Positions 8,664-17,132 of a DNA stretch of 64,000 bases are shown here, in pieces. Every line of letters begins with the position of its first letter. Position 1 is the first letter of the stretch. Made by a program: the position numbers and the translations under genes. The notes beneath the pieces are model-generated. The model was not told where the DNA came from, did not search any database, and worked only from the letters and a program-made list of their open reading frames with translations. This DNA is from Patescibacteria group bacterium (GTDB taxonomy: Bacteria > Patescibacteriota > Microgenomatia > CAYGWK01): the NCBI GenBank assembly GCA_049322615.1, contig JBMORX010000005.1:395-64394 (forward strand). Direction: 5' to 3'.

Positions 8664-8975
8664 ATGTCAATTACTTTACCGTTAACTGTTAAGATCATCT
8701 ACGAAAAAGAGGCAAAAAGTGCTCCTTTTGTGGCTTATTGTCCTGAGCTGGATATTTCTTCTTGCGGGCCGACCGAGGAAAAAGCACGGAAAAATTTAGA
8801 GGAGGCAATCGAGATTCTTCTTGAGGGGGCAGCTAAGGATGGAACCTTAAAAGATTTGCTTCTGGAAGCGGGATTTGAGATCCAAAAGCGCGAGGTTAAG
8901 CCTCCCAAAACCATCATTTTCCCCTTCCATTTTATTTTACCGGCAGGCCTTGAGAAAAAATTATGGCTCGCCTAA
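8664..8975 (+). CDS. hicB: HicB-family antitoxin
   Basis: UPF0150/HicB pattern YCPELDISSCGPTEEKARKNLEEAIEILLEG; overlaps hicA start. Confidence 0.75.
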   Translation: MSITLPLTVKIIYEKEAKSAPFVAYCPELDISSCGPTEEKARKNLEEAIEILLEGAAKDGTLKDLLLEAGFEIQKREVKPPKTIIFPFHFILPAGLEKKLWLA

Positions 8976-9193
8976 CTCCGGTTCACTTTCGGAAGCTAAC
9001 CAAGGTTTTTGAAAAAGAAGGTTGGATTTTAGTAGGGCAGACAGGAGATCACCTAGAATACAAAAAAGAAGGATTCAAAAGAAGGGTAGTTATTCCCAGA
9101 TATAAAGACGTTCCGGTTTTTGTTATCGAAAATAATCTTCGAACAGCCGGAATTTCTAGAAAGGATTATTTAAAACTTTTAAAAAGAGTTTGA
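8963..9193 (+). CDS. hicA: HicA-family toxin (mRNA interferase)
   Basis: 76 aa; GDHLEYKKEGFKRRVVIPRYKD (HicA G-H...P.H core). Confidence 0.75.
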   Translation: MARLTPVHFRKLTKVFEKEGWILVGQTGDHLEYKKEGFKRRVVIPRYKDVPVFVIENNLRTAGISRKDYLKLLKRV

Positions 9194-9236
9194 AGAACTT
9201 GACAAATTTCCGTTTTTGTTATAGGATAGGCGAAAT

Positions 9237-9680
9237 ATGAGCTGGTTAAAAGAGGCAATTGAGAGAAGCTTAGAGATGCAGAGAGATGCCGAAAGATTTG
9301 CCAAGAAGATGAACGCGGTAAGATCTAGGGCTGGGCAAATTATAACTGGACCAGATGAATACGTAGAGATGGAGGAGGAGTTAAGACAAAGACATCAAGA
9401 AATTTTACGCCCTTTTGGTTTTGAAGCCCTATTGAATGAAGTCCAAAAAGAGATATGGAGAAAAGGGAAAGTGATGTATGATCCCTACACGCTTGACTGG
9501 TTTGCATATGACCAGCGTGGTGAATGGGATGTGGCAACGATTGGTTTAGTATATGAATATAAATGTGCTTATTATCCTGGTTCTGGCGGTGGTGAACCGA
9601 GCGGGTTTTGGCATTTAGTTGAGGCCAAAGAAATTCTTTCAATATCATTAGTATCATTATTAAAATATGGAGAAATTTGA
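9237..9680 (+). CDS. hypothetical protein (cargo of repeat-bounded segment)
   Basis: 147-aa ORF; TTGACA-16-TATAGG promoter-like hexamers at 9197-9225. Confidence 0.35.
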   Translation: MSWLKEAIERSLEMQRDAERFAKKMNAVRSRAGQIITGPDEYVEMEEELRQRHQEILRPFGFEALLNEVQKEIWRKGKVMYDPYTLDWFAYDQRGEWDVATIGLVYEYKCAYYPGSGGGEPSGFWHLVEAKEILSISLVSLLKYGEI

Positions 9681-9879
9681 TCCTCAAGCAAAGGATAGGT
9701 ATTTCCATTTAAGGGGTTGTATACCCCCCGAAAGGGTGTCTATTATAGATGAGAGGGCGACGGGGGCGACAGACTTGATAAAGGATTTTTTAATAAGGGA
9801 CTCTCTTGAACGGATTCGCACTCGTTGCTTACCAAAGGATCTAAAAGATGGGAGATTTGGGTTGAGACCCAGACAGTAG
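9667..9879 (+). CDS. hypothetical protein
   Basis: 70-aa ORF overlapping previous stop. Confidence 0.25.
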   Translation: MEKFDPQAKDRYFHLRGCIPPERVSIIDERATGATDLIKDFLIRDSLERIRTRCLPKDLKDGRFGLRPRQ

Positions 9880-9897
9880 AAAAGACTCTACTAGTAT

Positions 9898-10818
9898 TTA
9901 GAGTTCTTCTAATTTTACTTTTTCTTCTCCGGTTTTTTCTTTGACGAAGGCAAGATATTTCTCGGTGGTTGAGAGTCTTTTGTGACCGGCTATTTTTGAA
10001 AGGAAAACGACCGAGGCTCCCGAGGCTAAATGATGAACCAGCCAAGTATTCCGCAGGTCATTGACTTTGGCATTTTCGATTCCGGCAATCCGAAAATAGC
10101 GATCAACGGTGGTTCTGATGTTTCGAACCAAAAGCGGTCTGCCGGTTTTGGTGACAAAAATGCTCTTTGTTTTAGTCTTTGGTCGTTCCTTCAAATATCG
10201 GTCTAAAGCAACCCTTGCGGCTTTATTTAAGGGAATAGTTCTTTCTGGTTGAGACTGGTAGGTTTTAATAAAAATTTCATTTTCTTTTAAATCCGGAAGT
10301 TCAAGCCTTGACAGTTCGCCGATTCTTATTCCAGTCTGAAGCATAATCTCAATTATGGCTGCCATTCGGACATCTTCCCGGCAAGCGTCTCGAAGAGCCC
10401 GATATTCCATTTTTGAAAGAATTCTTGGGGGTTTAATCTCGTATTTTGGATGAGAAACACCAACGGCTGGGTCTTCTTCAATCAATCCTTGAGATTTTAA
10501 AAACCTAAAAAAAGTTTTAACAGAATTAAGCTTTCGAGAAATTGACTTTAAGGTATAGCCCTTTTTGGAAAAATCTTCTTTAAATTCCTCAAGGTGCTCA
10601 CTCGTAATTGAGGTTACCTGAGTTATTTTTTTGCCACTTAAAAAAGAAACCAGCTGCTCAATGTCTTTGCCGTATGCTAAAATGGTAGAGATTGAGCGTT
10701 TTTGGCTTTTTAAATATTCTAAAAACTTTTCTTGAGCAGAAGAAAGTAGGGTTTGTTCGCCTGCCATGACAGGGGTTATAATATCACTTGGGAGGATATC
10801 TGTCAAGATGAAAGACAA
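9898..10818 (-). CDS. tyrosine recombinase (XerC/XerD/phage-integrase family)
   Basis: Catalytic residues in order: R (TGIRIGEL), HxxR (HHLASGASVVFLSKIAGHKRL), Y (TTEKYL); N-terminal core-binding domain. Confidence 0.8.
   Translation of the reverse strand: MSFILTDILPSDIITPVMAGEQTLLSSAQEKFLEYLKSQKRSISTILAYGKDIEQLVSFLSGKKITQVTSITSEHLEEFKEDFSKKGYTLKSISRKLNSVKTFFRFLKSQGLIEEDPAVGVSHPKYEIKPPRILSKMEYRALRDACREDVRMAAIIEIMLQTGIRIGELSRLELPDLKENEIFIKTYQSQPERTIPLNKAARVALDRYLKERPKTKTKSIFVTKTGRPLLVRNIRTTVDRYFRIAGIENAKVNDLRNTWLVHHLASGASVVFLSKIAGHKRLSTTEKYLAFVKEKTGEEKVKLEEL
9923..9972. repeat. 50-bp direct repeat copy 2 (inside C-terminal codons of the recombinase gene)
   Basis: Identical to 8572-8621. Confidence 0.7.
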
Positions 10819-11158
10819 ACTTATACCTGGAATCCTTTTAATCTTTGGTCTTTACCTCATAGTTTCCTTTTCTCGGGATATTTTAAGTCTCTTGGAGAAA
10901 AGTAAAGAGCAAGAAAAAGAACAGTTAAAACTTGAAAAACTTGAGATTAAAAACGAGGAATTGAAAAAACAACTTGAATATGTTAAAAGCCAAGAGTTTG
11001 TTGAAAAACAGGCAAGGGAAAAATTAGGTCTTGCTCGGGAAGGAGAGGTAGTTGTCATTCTGCCGGAAAATGTTGGGGAGTTGGTTAAACCCAAAGAAGA
11101 AAAAAAGGAAGAAGAATTACCAAACTGGAAGCGCTGGTTAAAACTTTTCTTCGATTGA
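10808..11158 (+). CDS. septum formation initiator (FtsB/DivIC-like)
   Basis: Single N-terminal TM, coiled coil, then SQEFVEKQAREKLGLAREGEVVVIL matching FtsB C-terminal block. Confidence 0.55.
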   Translation: MKDKLIPGILLIFGLYLIVSFSRDILSLLEKSKEQEKEQLKLEKLEIKNEELKKQLEYVKSQEFVEKQAREKLGLAREGEVVVILPENVGELVKPKEEKKEEELPNWKRWLKLFFD

Positions 11159-11194
11159 CTTTATTACTGTGCCGTAATTAAGAAAATTAATAAG

Positions 11195-11264
11195 AGTGGC
11201 AGCGATAGGACTCGAACCTGTAACCATCGCCTTATAGTGAAGCATAGTTTCAATATATCAAAAA
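11195..11264 (-). pseudogene. tRNA-like 3' fragment (T arm ACAGG-TTCGAGT-CCTAT plus acceptor 3' strand CGCTGCCA; no matching 5' half)
   Basis: Reverse complement reads ...GGTTCGAGTCCTATCGCTGCCA; no GGCAGCG 5' strand nearby. Confidence 0.3.
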
Positions 11265-11270
11265 CTTTAG

Positions 11271-11342
11271 TGGCAGGGGTGGGAATCGAACCCACCAAAG
11301 GGCGCTTATGAAACGCCCTGGGACACCAGTCCACTCCCTGCC
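11271..11342 (-). tRNA. tRNA with CAU anticodon (elongator Met or lysidine-type Ile2)
   Basis: Minus strand GGCAGGG...GGCGT-TTCATAA-GCGCC...GTGGG-TTCGATT-CCCAC-CCCTGCC-A; 1-72 paired. Confidence 0.7.
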
Positions 11343-12010
11343 TCGAATAATCCTTCAATTAAACCCAATATTTTATAATAAAACCTCGCTGGTTTTACCA
11401 CATTAACCGCCAATGTTCCGTAATGTTCGTTAAAATTGGCGTAAATTTTTTTGTTTTTAACCTTTTTAAAGCTTGTTTTTCTAAATTGCTCCAATGGAAT
11501 TCCTGTTACATCTGACCAATATTTCTTAACAATTTCCTCTCTGGGTCTGTGAATTTCGTTAATTCCTACATAACATTTCAAGTCCCCAGTTTTCAGCCCG
11601 AAGTTTCTTTTTAACCAACCAATCATAAATTTTATCAGCTTTGGATCAGAATTGCAAAATTCTACGTCGCGCGTCTTTTTCGTTCCTTCTGCCCAATAAA
11701 GGGCAATACCAGCTATAAGAAATTCACGTTCGGTCAAATTTCTCATCTTTTTAATACCTATTCTTTTTGACTCTTCTATTAATCTCAATCTTTTCTCTTT
11801 TTGCTTTAAAGAACTCCGCAATCGACCTAATTCTCCTCCTTTAAGCCTTCGCTTTCTTAATCTTTCCAACTGTTCAACAGAAAGGATGATATCGCGAACC
11901 CATAAGCTTGCACTACTTTTTGAGACATTTAATTTACGAGCAATCTTCTTGACACTTTCTCCTTTAGCTCGCATTTTTCTTGCTTTAATTCTAAGTAAAG
12001 ATTTTGCCAT
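11306..12010 (-). CDS. HTH-domain protein (resolvase/transposase-type N-terminal HTH), possible homing-endonuclease-like; function unknown
   Basis: N-terminus SVKKIARKLNVSKSSASLWVRD (HTH); central LIAGIALYWAEGTK; sits between two CAU tRNAs; 3' end overlaps tRNA by about 35 nt. Confidence 0.4.
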   Translation of the reverse strand: MAKSLLRIKARKMRAKGESVKKIARKLNVSKSSASLWVRDIILSVEQLERLRKRRLKGGELGRLRSSLKQKEKRLRLIEESKRIGIKKMRNLTEREFLIAGIALYWAEGTKKTRDVEFCNSDPKLIKFMIGWLKRNFGLKTGDLKCYVGINEIHRPREEIVKKYWSDVTGIPLEQFRKTSFKKVKNKKIYANFNEHYGTLAVNVVKPARFYYKILGLIEGLFEAGSGLVSQGVS

Positions 12011-12111
12011 GTATTAGAACCAGCGACTTAATAAGTATATAAATTATATCGTTGGTTCGTAATGTCTGTCAAATATATAAAAAGCTCCGGATTTCTCCGG
12101 AGCTGATTGTG

Positions 12112-12181
12112 TTGCGGGGCTGGGAATCGCACCCAGGCTGGAAGATTATGAGCCTTCCGTGCAACGTTACACTACCCCGCG
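12112..12181 (-). tRNA. initiator-type tRNA-fMet (CAU) with C1:A72 mismatch; CCA not encoded
   Basis: Minus strand CGCGGGG-TA-GTGT..GCAC-G-GAAGG-CTCATAA-TCTTC-CAGC-CTGGG-TGCGATT-CCCAG-CCCCGCA-A; unpaired 1-72 is the bacterial initiator hallmark. Confidence 0.65.
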
Positions 12182-12224
12182 TGAATAGATTGAGTTTCTA
12201 AATTTTCAACCTAGTTTTTATTGT

Positions 12225-12426
12225 ATTTATAGATTCTAAAACTGCTCGGCCCGCTATTCTGCAAAGCAGAATTTGTGGGCCACTACCCCGCGTGTCGTAA
12301 AATTAACTTCGTTAATCACGCCACCGCTTGAGTTAGATTTAGATTCCTTAGCAGTTGTAGTAGTCCCGTGTTCCGATGGCAATCGGAATTTACGGGACAC
12401 TACCCCCCGTGTCGTAAAATTAACAA
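12225..12426. repeat. tRNA-derived fragments and about 25-nt direct repeat (ctacccc(c)gtgtcgtaaaattaac x2, plus third copy of ctaccccgcgtg at the tRNA-fMet 5' end)
   Basis: Reverse complements begin CGCGGGGTAGTG.. / CGGGGGGTAGTG.. like the fMet tRNA 5' end but lack complete cloverleaf. Confidence 0.35.
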
Positions 12427-12443
12427 AGTTATTATAACATTGC

Positions 12444-13460
12444 TTGTTCCTAAATTCAACCTGTGGTAAAATCCAAACTATGGAAAAAAAGCGAGTTTTT
12501 TCGGGAATTAGATCCAGTGGAAGGCTCCATATTGGTAACTATCTAGGCGCAGTTAAAGGTATGCTTGAGCTTCAAGAAACCCATGACTGTATCTTTGGCG
12601 TGGTTGATTATCATGGGATTACTACCCCTTTTGATCCTAAATCAATTCAAAAAGAGATTCATGAAGTAGTCTTGGATTATCTGGCGGCTGGTCTTGATCC
12701 TCAAAAATGTCATTTAATGATTCAATCCCAGGTTCCCGAACATGTTGAGCTCTCTTACATTTTTGCCACCATCTTTCCTGTTTCTCGACTTGAGCAGCTA
12801 CCTACTTATAAAGAAAAGAAATTGGAAAACCCTCATTATATTAATTTAGGTCTTTTGTATTATCCGATTTTAATGGCTGCGGACATTTTGATTTATAAAA
12901 CTGACACCGTTCCTGTCGGAAAAGACCAACTGCCCCATATTGAATTAACAAGGGAAGTGGCAAAGAGGTTTAACCAAATGTTTGGCAAGATATTCCCAGA
13001 ACCCCAAGCTTATTTAACCAAAGGGGCGGTGGTGCCTTCCTTAATTGGTCAGGGGAAAATGAGCAAAAGTATTTCTGGAAGTTATATTTTGCTGACTGAT
13101 GATTTAGAAATGATTAAAAAACGCCTGGCCGCTGCTCCAACTGATATTGGTAAGGGAGAAAAAGTTCCCAAGGAAGGAGGAGTGGCAAACCTTTTGAAAC
13201 TAGTGGAGTTATTTGAGGGCGAAGGGCGAAGGACGAAGTACGAAGAAGAGTATAGAGAATCGGGTATAAAGTATAAAGTATTAAAGGAAGAATTAGCCGA
13301 GGCGATTTATCAGGAACTTAAGCCGATTCAGGAGAAAAGAAAATATTTTGAGGAAAACCCTGAGCTTGTCGAAGGAATTTTAGAGGAGGGAAGAGAGTAT
13401 TGCTCAAAAATCGCCAAAGAAACTTTGACTGAAGCCAAGAAAGCCATGGGGCTTCTTTAA
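12444..13460 (+). CDS. trpS: tryptophan--tRNA ligase
   Basis: Class I HIGH-like (GRLHIGN) and KMSKS motifs; in-frame GC-rich repeat (EGEGRRTKYEEEY) near C-terminus. Confidence 0.9.
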   Translation: MFLNSTCGKIQTMEKKRVFSGIRSSGRLHIGNYLGAVKGMLELQETHDCIFGVVDYHGITTPFDPKSIQKEIHEVVLDYLAAGLDPQKCHLMIQSQVPEHVELSYIFATIFPVSRLEQLPTYKEKKLENPHYINLGLLYYPILMAADILIYKTDTVPVGKDQLPHIELTREVAKRFNQMFGKIFPEPQAYLTKGAVVPSLIGQGKMSKSISGSYILLTDDLEMIKKRLAAAPTDIGKGEKVPKEGGVANLLKLVELFEGEGRRTKYEEEYRESGIKYKVLKEELAEAIYQELKPIQEKRKYFEENPELVEGILEEGREYCSKIAKETLTEAKKAMGLL

Positions 13461-13496
13461 AAATTCCTCAAAATCTGGTATAATTTAAGCCATCTT

Positions 13497-16400
13497 ATGG
13501 CAAATAATAATCACAAAAAAGTCGTTCGCCGGTTTGAATTCCGACTCAACCTTAACCCAAAAAATATTATTATCTGGACTCTGGTTTTTATTCTTGGTCT
13601 TTCTTTTTTCCTCTCGTTTTTAACAAGTAGCCCAAGAGGAGAAGAGGAGATTTCTCTTTCCCAAGCCCTAACTGATATTAAAGAGGGGAAGATAAAAGAA
13701 GTCTTAGTTGAGGGAGACCGAATTGTTTTAACTTATAAAGAAAAAGATAAACTTGCCTTCACCCATAAGGAGACTGGAGACAAGATAAGTGATGTTCTAA
13801 AGTCTTCGAGTATTGACCCAACGGAGATTAATCTTAAAATTAGAGATCAGTCACTTTCTCGGGTCTGGGTTGATATGTTGGGGACAGTTTTGCCTCTGGC
13901 TTTAATGGCAATTTTCTTCTTCTTTATTATTCGTCAGGCGCGAGGCGCCCAAGACACAATTTTTTCTTTTGGTCAATCCAAGGCTCGGCTTTTTGCCAAA
14001 GGCAGACAAAACATCACTTTCCACGATGTGGCCGGAGTTGACGAGGCAAAAAAAGAACTCTCTGAAGTCGTTGATTTCTTAAAACACCCGGGAAAATATC
14101 GGTCTTTAGGTGCCAGAACTCCCAAAGGAGTGCTTTTGGTAGGGCCTTCAGGAACAGGAAAGACCTTGTTGGCAAAGGCTGTTGCCGGCGAGGCCGGCGT
14201 CCCATTTTTCTCAATGGCGGGTTCGGAGTTTATGGAGATGTTAGTCGGAGTTGGCGCCGCCAGGGTAAGGGATTTGTTCAATAATGCTAAAAGAGCAGCC
14301 CCATCAATAATTTTTATTGACGAAATTGACGCCATCGGTCGAATGAGAGGATTTGGAATTGCCGGCGGACATGATGAAAGAGAACAAACCCTAAATCAGA
14401 TTTTGGTGGAGATGGATGGTTTTACTCCAAATGATAACGTCATCGTGGTGGCGGCAAGCGTGACTGGGGAGACCCCGGTTCTTATTAAAGAGAATGGAGA
14501 AGTACGCTTTCTCCCTCTTGGTGAGTTTGTGGATCAATTTTACTCCAGGGGAAAAGAGGGGGAAGTGGAGCTGTCTGGAGTAGAATGCTTGGGGTTTGAA
14601 AGAAAGGTTTCTACTGGTAACCTGACTCGTCATAATCTTTATTTTGGTCGAAGTAGCTTCAAGCCGATAAGAGCGGTCTTCCGCCACAAGGTAAAAGAAA
14701 TTTACGAGATTGAATATTTGGGGGGCAAAATTCGGGCGACCGGAAATCACTCAGTGTTTATCCGGACACCTCAAGGTCTTAAAACAAAGGCGGTGGTTGA
14801 ACTTAAAAAAGGAGACATTTTAGTTGACTTGCCTTTTAAAGTTAACAGAACCAATAAGTCCTTGATGGAAGTGAGAACCCATCGGTTTGATTCTTCATGG
14901 TCTTTTAGTCTTCCCTTTTTTGACCAAGAACAAGAAGAAGAATGGCAAGGAAAATATCTTTTTGCTCTCCAAAATGAGGGAGATTTATCCCAAGCTAGGG
15001 TAGCGGAAATGATCGGGGTTTCTCAAGGGACGGTTTCTAATTGGCAGCGAGGAATAGGTTATCCACGGCCAATTTCAAAAGATTATTTTAAATATCGATT
15101 TCCTTCCGAGATTAAAGTTACCCCTGAGCTTTGTCGGTTACTAGGCTATTATGTCGCCGAGGGATATGCCCGCTGGGAAATTGATTTTTGTTTTTCCGTA
15201 AAAGAGAGCGAAAAGATTAAAGATTTAGTTTCTCTGATAGAAGAAAATTTTGGATTAAAACCTGATTATATAAAACATCAAACTCCCGGAGCGGTGAATA
15301 TAATTTATCAAGCTACACCGCTGGCCAGATTTTTGGTTCGTTACTGTGGTAAGGGAGCAGCCCAAAAACATGTTCCCGAGTTTCTGTTCGAAGCACCACT
15401 TGAGTATTTTAGAGAATTTCTAAGGGGAATTTGGGCAGGGGATGGTTATGAAGATAAACGGGGCAGGGGGGAGATTACTTCGGTTAGTAAAAGATTAATT
15501 TTAGAGCTTAATTGGCTTTGCCGAATGCATGGAATAAAAACTTATATTCATAATTTTACTGCCAAAGAGGGAAGAAGAATCGCCGGTGGTAAACCGCTTA
15601 AAGAGATTTTGGCTTATCGTTTGGGTTGGGGAAAGGCAAATAATCCCTTTAATAAACAACTTCTCCTTAAAACTTATCCTGTAAAGAGAGCCATCGTAAA
15701 ACAAGTAAAAAAGGTTCCTTTTGATGGTTTTGTTTATGATCTTTGTGGGGTAGAAAATGAGGCTTTTTTTGGGGGAGAAAGCCCGATTCTTCTACACAAT
15801 ACTAATCGCGGAGACCTTCTTGACCCCGCCCTTCTTCGGCCTGGTCGGTTTGACCGAAGAATAGTTTTGGACATGCCAGATATGGAGGCAAGAAAAGCAA
15901 TTTTAAAGATTCACGCCCGAGGAAAACCTTTTAGTCCAGATGTTTCCTGGGATAAGATTGCCAAAAGAACGGTTGGCTTTTCCGGAGCCGATATTGAAAA
16001 TATGCTGAATGAGGCAGCAATTTTGGCGGCGAGGGAAGGGAAGAAAGCCATTGGCATGGTTGAGATTGATGAAGCGTCGCTTAAGGTTAAGCTTGGTCCA
16101 GCTAAAAAAAGACTTCAGACTGAAGAAGATAAAAAAATGACTGCCTATCATGAGGCAGGACATGCTATCGTTACCTCAAATCTTCCTCATATGGATCCAG
16201 TTTCCCGCATTTCCATTGTTGCCCGGGGCGTTTCTTTAGGTCACACTTTAATTCCCCCAACCCAAGACCGAACCCATGAGACAAAATCGCATTTAATTGA
16301 ACAAATAATCGCCATTTTAGGTGGTCGGGCGGCCGAGGATATTGTTTTTTCCGAGATGACCACTGGGGCGGCCAATGATATTGAACAGGCAACCAGGATC

Positions 16401-16703
16401 GCCAGGGGGATGGTGATTGATTTTGGGATGAGTGATTTAGGACCAGTGAATTTAGGTCCTCAAGTTGAATATTCAGATATGGGAAGAGCGCTTTGGATGG
16501 AACCATCCCAACTTTCTCCAGAAATGGCAGCCAAAGTAGATAGGGAAGTGAAAAAAATAATTGATTCTTCTTACAAGCAGGCTTTGGAAATCTTGCGGAA
16601 ATCAAGAAAGAAACTCGATTTAATTGCCGAAAATCTAATTAAAAAAGAAACCCTAGAACAAGAGGAATTCGCTGCCCTAATGGGCAGAAAGATTAGCGCG
16701 TGA
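13497..16703 (+). CDS. ftsH: ATP-dependent zinc metalloprotease FtsH, interrupted by an intein
   Basis: TM N-terminus; AAA Walker A GPSGTGKT; second-region-of-homology; HEAGH zinc motif; host sequence VIVVAA|...|TNRGDLLDPALLRPGRFDR resumes after 448-aa insert. Confidence 0.9.
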   Translation: MANNNHKKVVRRFEFRLNLNPKNIIIWTLVFILGLSFFLSFLTSSPRGEEEISLSQALTDIKEGKIKEVLVEGDRIVLTYKEKDKLAFTHKETGDKISDVLKSSSIDPTEINLKIRDQSLSRVWVDMLGTVLPLALMAIFFFFIIRQARGAQDTIFSFGQSKARLFAKGRQNITFHDVAGVDEAKKELSEVVDFLKHPGKYRSLGARTPKGVLLVGPSGTGKTLLAKAVAGEAGVPFFSMAGSEFMEMLVGVGAARVRDLFNNAKRAAPSIIFIDEIDAIGRMRGFGIAGGHDEREQTLNQILVEMDGFTPNDNVIVVAASVTGETPVLIKENGEVRFLPLGEFVDQFYSRGKEGEVELSGVECLGFERKVSTGNLTRHNLYFGRSSFKPIRAVFRHKVKEIYEIEYLGGKIRATGNHSVFIRTPQGLKTKAVVELKKGDILVDLPFKVNRTNKSLMEVRTHRFDSSWSFSLPFFDQEQEEEWQGKYLFALQNEGDLSQARVAEMIGVSQGTVSNWQRGIGYPRPISKDYFKYRFPSEIKVTPELCRLLGYYVAEGYARWEIDFCFSVKESEKIKDLVSLIEENFGLKPDYIKHQTPGAVNIIYQATPLARFLVRYCGKGAAQKHVPEFLFEAPLEYFREFLRGIWAGDGYEDKRGRGEITSVSKRLILELNWLCRMHGIKTYIHNFTAKEGRRIAGGKPLKEILAYRLGWGKANNPFNKQLLLKTYPVKRAIVKQVKKVPFDGFVYDLCGVENEAFFGGESPILLHNTNRGDLLDPALLRPGRFDRRIVLDMPDMEARKAILKIHARGKPFSPDVSWDKIAKRTVGFSGADIENMLNEAAILAAREGKKAIGMVEIDEASLKVKLGPAKKRLQTEEDKKMTAYHEAGHAIVTSNLPHMDPVSRISIVARGVSLGHTLIPPTQDRTHETKSHLIEQIIAILGGRAAEDIVFSEMTTGAANDIEQATRIARGMVIDFGMSDLGPVNLGPQVEYSDMGRALWMEPSQLSPEMAAKVDREVKKIIDSSYKQALEILRKSRKKLDLIAENLIKKETLEQEEFAALMGRKISA
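14457..15800 (+). other. intein (448 aa) with LAGLIDADG homing-endonuclease domain inside ftsH AAA domain
   Basis: Begins with Ser (SVTGETPVLI), block B TGNH, two LAGLIDADG-like motifs (LLGYYVAEGYA; FLRGIWAGDGYED), ends ..ILLHN followed by Thr +1. Confidence 0.8.
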
Positions 16704-16739
16704 TTATCGCATGAGTAAAACATGATGGGCACATGACAT

Positions 16740-17132
16740 ATGCCGCGGCCAATCAAAAGACCAATCCTTTATGAGGATTTAACCTATAAACTGATTGGTT
16801 TTGCGATGGGAATTCACAATGAACTTGGTTCCATTCATAAAGAAGCAGTTTATCAAAATGCTTTTGCTCAGGAGCTAAAAACAGCGGGAATTCCTTTTAA
16901 AAGAGAAGAGGTCTTACCGGTTAATTTTAAGGGAAAGGAAATTGGCAGTTATAAGCCAGATTTCGTGGTTGATGAGAAAGTAGTGGTAGAAATTAAGGCA
17001 GTTGAGTTCCTACCCCAGAAGGCAGAGGTTCAGTTGAGTTATTATCTCAAAGGGACGAAATACAGAGTGGGTTTGCTATTAAATTTTGGTTCACCTAAGC
17101 TTCAAATTAAAAGAAGAATTTATGGGTGGTAA
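16740..17132 (+). CDS. GxxExxY-family protein
   Basis: Conserved KPDFVVDEKVVVEIKAV...GLLLNFG pattern shared with 19554-19925. Confidence 0.7.
   Translation: MPRPIKRPILYEDLTYKLIGFAMGIHNELGSIHKEAVYQNAFAQELKTAGIPFKREEVLPVNFKGKEIGSYKPDFVVDEKVVVEIKAVEFLPQKAEVQLSYYLKGTKYRVGLLLNFGSPKLQIKRRIYGW

Noticed and set aside
11164-11358. Minus-strand ORF 11164-11358
   Set aside because: Completely overlaps the CAU tRNA and the tRNA fragment on the same strand.
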